Source of the DNA: Candidatus Multivoradales bacterium
Lineage (GTDB): Bacteria; Acidobacteriota; Thermoanaerobaculia; Multivoradales; J023
Direction of reading: 5' to 3'
NCBI GenBank assembly: GCA_965248925.1
Contig: CBDFLE010000005.1
Span: forward strand, 384,001 to 448,000
DNA: 64,000 bases
The notes under the pieces were generated by a model, which saw only the letters and a program-made list of their open reading frames with translations, did not search any database and was not told the DNA's origin. The position numbers and the translations under genes are program-made. This document shows, in pieces, positions 38,301-49,278 of this stretch; within the stretch, counting starts at the first letter, position 1; each line of letters starts with the position of its first letter.

Positions 38301-40498
38301 TGCTCGAACCACTTCTCGCAGTAGGCCTCGTAGAGGTCGGCGATCGATAGCGGAGCACCCTGGGCTCGCTCGACCGCCACCGCCAACGATTTGACGATCA
38401 GCTTGAGCAGGAAAGGTCGCTTGGCGAGATCGTCGAGATTGTAGGCGGCCTGGATCGTCCCCTTCAGCTCTTGCCAGTCGCCTGGCGGCGGTACCGCCTT
38501 TTGCAAGTAGACGTCGATCTGCGCCTGCTCGAACTCGCGCAGGTAGGCGATCTGGGCGCCGGGGCGTTCCCGCAAGATCTCGTAGAGGGCGGTAGCGCCA
38601 GCGGTGGAGCGCTCGGCGCCCGCTACTCCCAGCTGCTGAACCTCCTCGGGCTGGTCGCGAAAGTAGTGGGTCCGGCAGGTGAGAATCACTTTCGCCTCAC
38701 CCTCGACGGCGCGCAACATCTGGCGCAGGTTCTCGGCGTAGTGGCCGGGCTCGGTGTAAGCAATGGTCTCGTCGAAACCATCGAAGATCAGCACCAAATG
38801 GCCGGCGCGGTTCAAGAACAGCATTGCTTGTGGGTTGAACGACCGGGTAGAGAGTCGCTGGAAGTGATGGTTCAGCAGATTCTCGAGAGTCACCGTAGTC
38901 GAGCCGCTCTCGCGCAGGTCGATTAGCACCGGCGCTCGCTGGTCAGGATCCTGCTGGTGAGCCAGTGCCAGCAAACAGGCCAGGCGCTGGCAGAAGCTGC
39001 TCTTGCCGACCCCGAAGTCACCCAGCAGGGTCAAGACGCCGGAGGCCGGTTCCTCAAGCCAGGCGAGGACGCTCTCGGTCAGCCCGCGTGGCTTGACCAC
39101 CTCCCCTGGCCTGATATCTCGCTGCCAGACCGCCTCCTGCTCGACATAGAGCCGTTCGAGGTCGGTGCCCTGGAAATCGCGGATAGCTTGGTCGAGAGTG
39201 GGGGAGAGGTCGACCAGTGAACGCCGTAGCTCCTTGAAGCTCTTGAGCTCGACGAACAGCTCTTCAGCTACCGCACGTGCGTTGTTGGCGAACCCCTCAC
39301 GTGCGACCAAGATGGCTTGGTAGCGGCGCTTATCGTGCCGGCTGGCGGTCTCCACCTTGCGCGAGAATTTCACGACGTCGTCGATTCCCACCTTGCGCTT
39401 AGTGTCTTTGCACTCCACTAGAGCGTAGGTGGTGATCGGTCCCTGCAACTCCAAGCGCACGTCGAACTGCCGATCCAAGGTCTTGTCGTCCACCTCCGCC
39501 CGGTAGCCGAGCAGGCGGAACAGTTCGGCGACTTTTTCCTCGAAGCTCTTGGCGCGCTGAAGAATCTCTCGCCGGTCGTCCGCGGTGAGGCCGGGACGAA
39601 GCTGCCTTTCATCGCGGTCTTCATCGGCCTCAGCTAAGACTGAGGCACGCTCGCGCGTGAGCATGTCGAGGAGCGGTTGGTATTGGTCTCGGAGGTCTTC
39701 AGCGCTGCCCCCATCCAGGCTGGGTATCGCATCGGTCAGCAGCAGCGGAGGGTGCAGTGGTAGCTGCAGATTGGGTCCGAGGCCCGCCGCTCTCAGCTGG
39801 TCCAACTTGCTGTCCTTCAGTGCTTCGAGGTGCTTGTCTCCCGCCACCTCGGGAACCATGTTGGCCAGCAGGAATACCTTGATCTCGCCGTGCTTGCGGC
39901 GCTGCGCCTTGATCGCCGCGTGAGCTTGCCTGATTCCCTGGAGGTTCTGCTCATTGAGGTTGAAGACGATCACTACCAGGTCGGGGAGGATCAGCGTACT
40001 GATTGCGCCAAGGTCGGTAAGACCGGTTCGGGCGTCGATCAGCAAGTACTCGTAGCCGAGGTCGTCCAACAGGTGCTGCGCGATGCGCAGGAAGAAGGCG
40101 CCGCCCATCTCCCCATCTGCCAACAAGGGTTGCCAATCGATGCCGGCAAAGCGCTCGCGGTATCCCTGGTCGAAGGGGCAGGGGAGTAGAAAGTCGAGCC
40201 TGCCCCGGTTCTTGGCCAAGCCATCGGGTAGGTCCAGGCTGACGATTGAGCTTTTCAGCAAATCGAAAGGCACTTCCCGGCATTTCCCTGCCACGAACGC
40301 TTGGATAAGGTCTAGGGTGCCGCTCTCGAGCTTCTTGTCGACCTTGCGAAGTGCCGGGATACGCTGCATTCCGGGCGCTTCGAGATCCAGGTCCCAAACC
40401 AGGACTGAGTGGCCGCGTCCAGCCAGCTGAGCCGCCGTTTCGACCAGCGAGTGGGTGCGGCCCACGCCGCCTTTGAACGAGTAGAAAGTGACGATCAT
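35357..40498 (-). CDS. NLR-like STAND protein: ParA/MinD-like ATPase + Mrr-like restriction endonuclease + NACHT + pentapeptide + WD40
   Basis: FYSFKGGVGRT and LIDARTG; FEEKV..FDV..VECK; GDFGVGKS, IFDGFDE, LTCR, FIHRSFLEYF; ADLxx repeats; 14 WD40 blades. Confidence 0.9.
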   Translation of the reverse strand: MIVTFYSFKGGVGRTHSLVETAAQLAGRGHSVLVWDLDLEAPGMQRIPALRKVDKKLESGTLDLIQAFVAGKCREVPFDLLKSSIVSLDLPDGLAKNRGRLDFLLPCPFDQGYRERFAGIDWQPLLADGEMGGAFFLRIAQHLLDDLGYEYLLIDARTGLTDLGAISTLILPDLVVIVFNLNEQNLQGIRQAHAAIKAQRRKHGEIKVFLLANMVPEVAGDKHLEALKDSKLDQLRAAGLGPNLQLPLHPPLLLTDAIPSLDGGSAEDLRDQYQPLLDMLTRERASVLAEADEDRDERQLRPGLTADDRREILQRAKSFEEKVAELFRLLGYRAEVDDKTLDRQFDVRLELQGPITTYALVECKDTKRKVGIDDVVKFSRKVETASRHDKRRYQAILVAREGFANNARAVAEELFVELKSFKELRRSLVDLSPTLDQAIRDFQGTDLERLYVEQEAVWQRDIRPGEVVKPRGLTESVLAWLEEPASGVLTLLGDFGVGKSSFCQRLACLLALAHQQDPDQRAPVLIDLRESGSTTVTLENLLNHHFQRLSTRSFNPQAMLFLNRAGHLVLIFDGFDETIAYTEPGHYAENLRQMLRAVEGEAKVILTCRTHYFRDQPEEVQQLGVAGAERSTAGATALYEILRERPGAQIAYLREFEQAQIDVYLQKAVPPPGDWQELKGTIQAAYNLDDLAKRPFLLKLIVKSLAVAVERAQGAPLSIADLYEAYCEKWFEHNDLRLTLTREHKVALVHYLARMLWDASRQEVHYEELAEKALDFYRVKRELSYLDKERVDYEVRTALFLHRDSRGYYRFIHRSFLEYFVAVTVREGLAQDDATVLDLKPLTREVALFLLRWPEAENIPKLAGAVLAGDYRQRVSENALRLLYFLARDRALPADTPRDRAAEEEIDLAAVQREMAALHQAAMGSRPMRLEQGDLQGADLRGAYLIQASLKQANLRQAQLQGAKLDANLSSADLSSADLRGADLSDANLGGASLDHADLRHADLRRADLRAADLGFARFSGADLSDARFEPRRTLGTALLGARGLPAARTGHFGGLRPLLKDGHQGRVLALAYHPQEPILASAGAEGSILLWDTLAGTLLSSLTAHRGSVKSLAFSPDGKTLASASNDNTVKLWNPSRAKLIHSLEQHKRPVTAVAFSPDGKTLASASHDNTVKLWNPSRAKLIHSLEQHKRPVTAVAFSPDGKTLASASHDNTVKLWNPSLAKLIHSLEQHNGWVTAVAFSPDGKTLASASNDKTVRLWNPSRAKLIHSLEQHKRPVTAVAFSPDGKTLASASDDKTVKLWNPSRAKLIRSLEQHNGWVTAVAFSPDGKTLASASNDNTVKLWNPSRAKLIHSLEQHNGWVTAVAFSPDGKTLASASHDNTVKLWNPSRAKLIHSLEQHKRPVTAVAFSPDGKTLASASHDNTVKLWNPNRAKLIHSLEQHNGWVTAVAFSPDGKTLASASHDNTVKLWNPSRAKLIRSLEQHNDWVRAVAFSPDGKTLASASHDNTVKLWNPSRAKLIHSLEQHNGWVTAVAFSPDGKTLASASHDNTVKLWNPSRAKLIHSLEQHKRPVRAVAFSPDGKTLASASSDKTVKLWNPTTGRRVADALLDSTPSSLAWLPSSRALVIGRRDGVLSLYAVSEFSAEDRLLQPVAHLWSDRKGHHLAWTSEGYVMGDPEALERFRFVEGYALYEAEDLPDRLNPEKVLTAIARLF
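35706..37158 (-). repeat. Intragenic tandem array of near-identical 126-bp WD40 units (12 copies of the core)
   Basis: GGGCTGAA recurs every 126 bp from 35763 to 37149; unit QHxxxVxAVAFSPDGKTLASASxDxTVKLWNPSRAKLIHSLE. Confidence 0.97.
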
Positions 40499-41349
40499 GC
40501 GGCTTTGGCGGTGTTAGACCAAGCCTGGCTCAGCGGCTTTTCAGGTGACAGGTTGCGAAGACGGTCATCATCGTCTTTGGCTTCGGCTGCTGCTACCACC
40601 CGCCGGTCGGAATTGCTCGGCGAGGCGGCCGTGTCGCGACTACAGATCGCGGTGGCCAATTGACTCGCCACCCAATCAGAGGGTGCGCCAAGCACTCGCA
40701 GTTCGCTTGCGACTTGTTGAGAGTTGTTGAGAGCCTTCGGCGAGTGCAGTAATTCCACCAAGTGCTCGACCCACGAAGGGCGGAAGCGCTCTTCGGCGAT
40801 CTCTCGCCCCTCCGGCCCCAATTCAATCTCCACCGTCCGGCCGACTCGTCTGCGAAGAATCAAATCGCCTTCTTCCAGCGTCCGCAGCAGATGGGAGAAG
40901 TTGGAGTCGGAGATACCCACTCGTTTCCGCAGGAGGGCGCGTTGGACAGGCCCATCTGCCGCCACCAGAATGCTCAGAATCTTCTCTCCGTGGCCAGAGG
41001 TGCCGCGCAGAAGGGTGTCGGTGAAGACCGGGTCAGAGCGCCGAGCTCCTTCGGTCAACAATTCGCAGTAGCCGTGCCAGGCGCCGTGGATGACGGGATC
41101 CAGGCCGCGAAGGACTTCTCCGACTTTGGAACTCAGCAGGCGAGCGAGCTGAAGAGCCTCGTCGAGTGCTTGGGCCCGAGTACCGACCTTGAGGAGCCAA
41201 AGCGCGCGCCCGATCAGCAGGCCATCGAGGGCATCGACCCGCTCACGGCGAGGATCGGCGACGAGCGCTTCGAAATCACCTCGAACCTCTGCGAAAGGAA
41301 CCTCTTGTAGGCCCGTAAGATCCAAACTCGGAAGAGAAGAATTCTGCAT
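40495..41349 (-). CDS. Winged-HTH (MarR/ArsR-like) protein with extra helical domains
   Basis: KILSIL..LRKRVGISDSNFSHLLRTLEEGDLILRRRVGRTVEIELGPEG; ATGA overlap with the NLR gene. Confidence 0.75.
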   Translation of the reverse strand: MQNSSLPSLDLTGLQEVPFAEVRGDFEALVADPRRERVDALDGLLIGRALWLLKVGTRAQALDEALQLARLLSSKVGEVLRGLDPVIHGAWHGYCELLTEGARRSDPVFTDTLLRGTSGHGEKILSILVAADGPVQRALLRKRVGISDSNFSHLLRTLEEGDLILRRRVGRTVEIELGPEGREIAEERFRPSWVEHLVELLHSPKALNNSQQVASELRVLGAPSDWVASQLATAICSRDTAASPSNSDRRVVAAAEAKDDDDRLRNLSPEKPLSQAWSNTAKAA

Positions 41350-41412
41350 GGGTGCTCCAATCCGATGAGCAGCAGGGAGTAGCCGCTTGAAGAAAGCGGC
41401 AAGAGTCTGGTG

Positions 41413-41442
41413 ATAATACTTGAATCCACTTTCAATTGTCTA
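41413..41442 (-). promoter_or_regulatory. Putative promoter of the wHTH-NLR operon with operator palindrome
   Basis: Minus strand TAGACA-18bp-TATTAT; TTGAA-N6-TTCAA (41420-41435) in the spacer. Confidence 0.55.
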
Positions 41443-41463
41443 GGGGACGGCAAGCACAGTCGA

Positions 41464-42948
41464 TCAGCGCAAGGCGAAGTAGAGGTAGCGCTCGGTGCGT
41501 TCGACGGTGGTCGAGCTGCCCCGCGGGGCAGTCAAGTCGGTCACCTTCTCCCTCCGCCCGGAGGGTCGATGATCGACTTCGGACCGCCGCTCCGAGCCCA
41601 ACCGGATAAAGCTCGATTGGTCCTTGTGCGCTTGCTTGGCGCCCTTACCTGTGGTTGCGAACCAGCGGTTGCAGACGAAGCTGCTCACCCACCTCTGTCG
41701 CCAGTACTGGCGGGCGGCCTCTCGATGTGCGCTGGTTGTCGGGCTGAGCGATGGCACTAGAAAGATGGTGCCGTGGCATTCGTTGAGGGAATTTCGGAGC
41801 GTGTCGTGAAACAGATCCAAACAGATCAGCGGTACCAGGTTGCCCAGTGGCGATTCGAGCACTGAGATGACATGACCTACATCCACTCTCTCGCCGATCT
41901 GGCCATCTGGGCGTTGGTGGATGAAATTGGTGAGTTTGCGATGGCGGTGCTGCTCTCTGCCATCAGGTCCGAGCAGGATGGCTTCGTTGAGGTCATTGTC
42001 CTTCTCAGATTGTGAGCGGTGGCAAGTACCGGCTAGGATCAGAAGGGGCCAGTTTGAGGACGGCGTCCCGGCAAGGTCTCGTTGGATGGCCGTGAGGGTC
42101 GCCGGGGGTATGGAAAGTTCCGGCAGGATCAAGAAGGTCGCTTCAAGCTGGCGGGCGATGCCGATCGCCTCCAGGGCCTCGGCGGTCAGATCATCTTCTT
42201 GCTCGACCTCTGCTAGACGAATCGGGTTAAAGCCGCCAGGCTTGGGGAGCGCTTCGGTCAAGCGGGCTCCGGTGTAGGTGATGTCCGTAGTGAAGGGCCA
42301 GAGTAGTACTGAGAAGTGCTTTCTTTCCCATTCTCTGAGCATCCGCAGATGTAGCTCAGGTGTTGCCCAAGCTCGTCGCCCCTGGCTGCTTCGGCCTTCG
42401 ATCCGCCGACCACGTATAGGTGCCGTCGGCACCGCCATGTGGAATGAGCAGTAAGGAAAGAGTGACAGGGCGTCGCCCTGCTTGACTGAAGGCGGATTTG
42501 AGCGGGGATTTTGGAGCAAGTGATCTGAAATCCAGTTATTTCGCGTCTTGAGCAGGAACGGGGCACCCTCCACCCCGGGGAGTTCCAAGCTGCCAAGAGC
42601 GCGCGGATGCTCTTGCCTCAGGTCCCTGTCGAGCCTCTTGAGCCAGCGCAGGGCCAGCAGGTCGAACTGGGTAGAGTCGGTGAGCAGGCCGCGAAGCTCA
42701 GAACTTGCTTTGGCGGCGTGATTTGGACAAGGGCCAGGGTGGCCGTACGGCTTGAGGGAGTGGGGCTCTTCCTCGAGTTCCCGGAGGTGGTTTTCCGTCT
42801 CGGCAAGCCCGCTGCGGCCGAAGAAATCCCACAGCAAGATGAAGACGCTGGCCGCGGTTGGCCTGGGAAGTTGATCGATCTGTCGCAGGAGTATTCGGCG
42901 AAACATACCAGGCAGCTTGAAGAGAAGCATAAAGGCCAAGTAGGGCAA
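41464..42948 (-). CDS. Carbon-nitrogen hydrolase (nitrilase-like) domain protein with novel N-terminal region
   Basis: ILPELS (Glu), NEAILL, HRKL (Lys), LICLD (Cys), FVCN; start codon uncertain. Confidence 0.75.
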   Translation of the reverse strand: MPYLAFMLLFKLPGMFRRILLRQIDQLPRPTAASVFILLWDFFGRSGLAETENHLRELEEEPHSLKPYGHPGPCPNHAAKASSELRGLLTDSTQFDLLALRWLKRLDRDLRQEHPRALGSLELPGVEGAPFLLKTRNNWISDHLLQNPRSNPPSVKQGDALSLFPYCSFHMAVPTAPIRGRRIEGRSSQGRRAWATPELHLRMLREWERKHFSVLLWPFTTDITYTGARLTEALPKPGGFNPIRLAEVEQEDDLTAEALEAIGIARQLEATFLILPELSIPPATLTAIQRDLAGTPSSNWPLLILAGTCHRSQSEKDNDLNEAILLGPDGREQHRHRKLTNFIHQRPDGQIGERVDVGHVISVLESPLGNLVPLICLDLFHDTLRNSLNECHGTIFLVPSLSPTTSAHREAARQYWRQRWVSSFVCNRWFATTGKGAKQAHKDQSSFIRLGSERRSEVDHRPSGRREKVTDLTAPRGSSTTVERTERYLYFALR

Positions 42949-43052
42949 GCCCTATCAAATGGCTCAAAAGCAAGAAGAAAGCGCGAGGTTGTATCTTAGC
43001 AAATTCTTGGCAACTTACCGTTTTACCCTGCCTGCCCTAGCCCTCGTCTCCC

Positions 43053-45590
<2,538 letters not shown>

Positions 45591-45766
45591 GCTGTGACTC
45601 TCTCTCGGCTAGGGTCGACGAATTCTGGGAATCTTCTGTCCAGACTTGGTGGGTGGGGGCTCGGTCGTGGGAAGATTGGGCAGGATAGCAAGCGTGGTGC
45701 AATTGGGACAAGCCCACGCCGCGGGCTCCAGCGAACCGACCCGCCATCACCGATGACGCGAACCTC

Positions 45767-47383
45767 ATGACTCTCTTCGTCTCCAGACTGCCACCGCTGA
45801 GCCTGCTCTGTTTGACAGGCCTCGTGCTGGGGGTTTTCGCTGCCGGCTGGCCGATGGCCGAAGCGGCTACCGGCGAGGGGTCGTTCGTCGACTCTGTAGA
45901 GGTGCGAGTGGTGGAGATTCAGGTAGCCGTGCGGCAGCGGGGAAAGCACTTCGGTGGATTGGCAGCGGCGGATTTTCGCCTCCAAGTTGACCGTCGGCAG
46001 GTGGCGATCGATCACTTTGCCGAAGTCGGCTCCGGATCTGAGAGGGCTGCTGAGCCAGCGGCTACCGACTATTTGGTATTCATCGACGATTACTACTCGA
46101 TTAGCGCCGATCGCAACCGTCTATTGCGCAACCTGGCTGGTCAGTTAGCAGCTCTGGGTAAGGCTGACCGCTTGGCGTTGGTGGCTTTTGACGGTCGCAA
46201 GCTAGTGCAGCTGTGCCCTTGGAGTCGATCTCTGGATGAAATCCAGGCGGCCGTGGAGAGGGCCGTGCGGCGCCCCAGCTTTGGCCTGCGCCTAGTTGCC
46301 GAGCGGCGCCGTGTCGATGCCCTACGGGGCTCCTTGGACGGCGACCTGCGGCGTGATTTTGCCGGCATCGGTTTTCGCGGCAGCCGTCTTAGTCCCGGCA
46401 GCGGTCAGCTCGAGCCGTTTGGCACCGCGCCCCAGATGCGGCGGACGGTACGGGCCGCGGCAGCGGCTCTGCGGGCCTACGCGAGTCGCGACAATCGTCA
46501 AGTTCTGATGCTCTTGGCGGGTGCTTGGCCGGTGTGTGACGATCGTTTCGACGATGGCGGCTGCGACGGCGGTGGGCCGCTGGCTGATAGCTCGACCCTG
46601 CGCCGCTTGTTTGCCCCATTGATCGACGATGCCAACCGCCTGGGCTTCACCCTGTATCCGATCGACGCTGCCGGGATCGGGCGCAGTTTTGGCGGCGTGG
46701 GCGGTCGAGTCGGGGCGACGGTGGCGCGGCTGCGGGAGGATCGCTTTGAAGATGCTCTGGTCCAGCTGGCGGTTAAGACCGGCGGTCGTGCCTGGATCGA
46801 TGGCGGAGGGCTGCGCGCGCTGGAGCGCACCGCTGAGGATAGCCGCTCGTTCTACTCCCTGGGCTTCGTGCCCAACTGGCAAGCTGACGATAGCTCGCAC
46901 CGGCTTCGGGTCGAGGTTGCGGGGCGCGCTTTGCAAGTGCGGTCGCGGCGCGGCTTTTTCGACCTGTCGCGCTCCGCTGCTGTTGACCTGCGGGTCGAGC
47001 AGGCACAATTTTTTGAACGGCAAGTGGCCGGGGCGGGTGAGCTGGGAGTAGAACTTGGACCGCCGCGTGCGGCTGGCCGTGGGCGCCAGCTTCGCTCTCT
47101 GCTAGTACGTCTGCCGCTGGCGATGATCACTCTCACACCCGGCACAGCGGGTTGGAATGCCAAGCTTGAGCTGCGCGTTGCTGTCAGTAGCGCCAAGGGG
47201 CCACTCGACGATTTACCGATCACAACCCTCGAGGTGCGGCGTTCGGCGGCTCCCCGGCAAGGCGAGACCTGGGTCGGAGAAGGCGAGCTGCGCCTACCCC
47301 AAGACACTCGCCGGCTGTGGGTGACGGTTTTCGATCCGTTGTCCGGAGACCTTTTTTCTCGGCTGCTCGAAATCGTCCCCTAG
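45767..47383 (+). CDS. Secreted VWA-domain protein (acidobacterial type)
   Basis: Signal peptide; SVEVRVVEI..GLAAADF; LVAFD; LAVKTGG; YSLGF. Confidence 0.8.
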   Translation: MTLFVSRLPPLSLLCLTGLVLGVFAAGWPMAEAATGEGSFVDSVEVRVVEIQVAVRQRGKHFGGLAAADFRLQVDRRQVAIDHFAEVGSGSERAAEPAATDYLVFIDDYYSISADRNRLLRNLAGQLAALGKADRLALVAFDGRKLVQLCPWSRSLDEIQAAVERAVRRPSFGLRLVAERRRVDALRGSLDGDLRRDFAGIGFRGSRLSPGSGQLEPFGTAPQMRRTVRAAAAALRAYASRDNRQVLMLLAGAWPVCDDRFDDGGCDGGGPLADSSTLRRLFAPLIDDANRLGFTLYPIDAAGIGRSFGGVGGRVGATVARLREDRFEDALVQLAVKTGGRAWIDGGGLRALERTAEDSRSFYSLGFVPNWQADDSSHRLRVEVAGRALQVRSRRGFFDLSRSAAVDLRVEQAQFFERQVAGAGELGVELGPPRAAGRGRQLRSLLVRLPLAMITLTPGTAGWNAKLELRVAVSSAKGPLDDLPITTLEVRRSAAPRQGETWVGEGELRLPQDTRRLWVTVFDPLSGDLFSRLLEIVP

Positions 47384-47479
47384 CTACCGGGTGAAGACTT
47401 ATGATGATGGCATGCTCTCCAACAGTTGCAGGAACCTAGCCGTTGACGACGCCCAGCGTGAGGAGCGGCACGGAGATTA

Positions 47480-49183
47480 ATGATGAGAAAGACTTCGCAC
47501 CAGACCTGGCACTTGTTTCGGCCGCTGTCGTTTCAGTCGCAATCGCTTCGAGGAGTGCGCTACTCCGTGCTCGGCATCCTGCTCTTGGCCACCGTCGGTT
47601 TGATCATGCCGGCCGCCGGCCAAGAGGAGTTGCCCGGAGTTTTCGGCGAGGTCGTCGACGTGCGGGTTGTCAACCTCGAAGTGGTGGTGACCGATAAGGA
47701 CGGAGTGCGGGTCGGTGGTTTAGGCGCGGACGATTTTCGCCTCACCGTGGACGGTGACGAAGTGACTGTCGAGTATTTCACCGAGGTGCTGGGCGGCTCG
47801 GCGGTAGACCAGGATCTGGCTGCCGGCGCGACCTTGCCGGCGTTGGCGCCGGGCGAGGACGTGGGCACCAGCTACTTGGTGTTCGTCGATGAATTCTTCA
47901 CTATTGCGCCGCATCGCAACCGGGTCTTCGATTCTCTGGTCGATCAGCTTCCCCTGTTGGGGCCTGAGGATCGCATGGCGGTGGTGGCATTCGACGGTAC
48001 CCGGTTGGAAATGTTGAGCAGTTGGAGCGGCTCGCAGTCAGCCCTCGAGCGGGTCTACCAAAAAGCCCGTGAGCGGCCCTCCCATGGCCTGAAACGGCGC
48101 GCCGAACGGCGGGTGTACGAGGCGAACCGCCGTTTTGGCGCCAGCAACGGGGGCTTGCCTGGGCTTTCTAGCCGTCTTGACATCGAGGAGCGGCAGCAGG
48201 TGGATCTGGTTCAGGGCCAAGTGCAGCGGGTGGTGTTGGCGGCGGCGGCGGCGCTGCGAGGGTTTGCCAACCCGCCGGGGCGCAAGGTCATGCTGTTGCT
48301 CTCTGGCGGCTGGCCTTACAACCCGGCAATGTGGGTCACCAGCGATCCGTCGCGGGCGATCTTCGCCGCCGGTTTCATCGACGGTCAGGACCTTTACCGG
48401 CCGTTGATCGAGACCGCCAATCGGCTCAGTTACACTCTCTATCCGGTCGATGTGCCGGGGGTGATCGAGTCGGGGATTAGCGCTGACAATCGTGGTCTCA
48501 CCGATCAGGTGGCGCAGGCCGATTTGCTGGTCGACCGTGAGCGGGAGGAGCAAACGGCGCTGATCCAGATCGCCACCAAAACGGGTGGACGGGCGCTGAT
48601 CAACGCCGCTAACAAGCATGCTCTTGAGATTGCCGTAGAAGATACTCGCAGCTACTATTGGCTCGGCTTCACCCCCAATTGGCGGGGCGACGACGAAGAG
48701 CATAAGGTGCGGGTGCGGCCGCGGCGCAAGGGTCTGAAAATGCGTTCGCGCAAGAGCTTCTCTGATCTGTCGCGCAATCGCGAGGTGACCATGATGGTCG
48801 AATCCTCGCTGCTATTTGGCAATCCTCCAAGCGCCTCGCCCCTGGGAGTCGAATTCAGCCGCGGCCGGCGTGCCGGCCACGGCAAGGCGTTGGTCTCGCT
48901 GAAAATCACCATCCCCCTGACAGAACTGACCTTCTTGCCCCAGGGAGATGAGTGGGTAGCTTCGACAGAGCTGCGCATCGCGGTGTTGGACGAGGACGGT
49001 TCGACCTCGGAAGTGCCAGTGATTCCGCTGCAAATGCGTGGCGCCGGACCGCCGGCGGCGGGAGCCACCGCGAGTTATTCGACGCAGGTGAGGATGCGCA
49101 AGAAACGCCACGACTTGGTGGTGTCGCTCTACGACGTTGCCTCGGGCAAGATTCTCTCTAATCGGTTGTCGGTGCATCCTTGA
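47480..49183 (+). CDS. Secreted VWA-domain protein (paralogue of the upstream gene)
   Basis: VDVRVVNLEVVVTDKDG, GRKVMLLLSGG, IATKTGG, YYWLGF. Confidence 0.85.
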   Translation: MMRKTSHQTWHLFRPLSFQSQSLRGVRYSVLGILLLATVGLIMPAAGQEELPGVFGEVVDVRVVNLEVVVTDKDGVRVGGLGADDFRLTVDGDEVTVEYFTEVLGGSAVDQDLAAGATLPALAPGEDVGTSYLVFVDEFFTIAPHRNRVFDSLVDQLPLLGPEDRMAVVAFDGTRLEMLSSWSGSQSALERVYQKARERPSHGLKRRAERRVYEANRRFGASNGGLPGLSSRLDIEERQQVDLVQGQVQRVVLAAAAALRGFANPPGRKVMLLLSGGWPYNPAMWVTSDPSRAIFAAGFIDGQDLYRPLIETANRLSYTLYPVDVPGVIESGISADNRGLTDQVAQADLLVDREREEQTALIQIATKTGGRALINAANKHALEIAVEDTRSYYWLGFTPNWRGDDEEHKVRVRPRRKGLKMRSRKSFSDLSRNREVTMMVESSLLFGNPPSASPLGVEFSRGRRAGHGKALVSLKITIPLTELTFLPQGDEWVASTELRIAVLDEDGSTSEVPVIPLQMRGAGPPAAGATASYSTQVRMRKKRHDLVVSLYDVASGKILSNRLSVHP

Positions 49184-49278
49184 TTGAGCTTGGGCCTATA
49201 ATGCGCCAGCTTGTGGCACCGGTGGTCGACTCTTAGAGGTCTGCCGCCGCTAGATTCACTTCTTCGAGAGAGCCTCCG

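Noticed and set aside
35357-42948. Diversity-generating retroelement acting on the WD40 units
   Set aside because: No reverse transcriptase or separate template repeat in the window, and variation is block-wise rather than adenine-specific.
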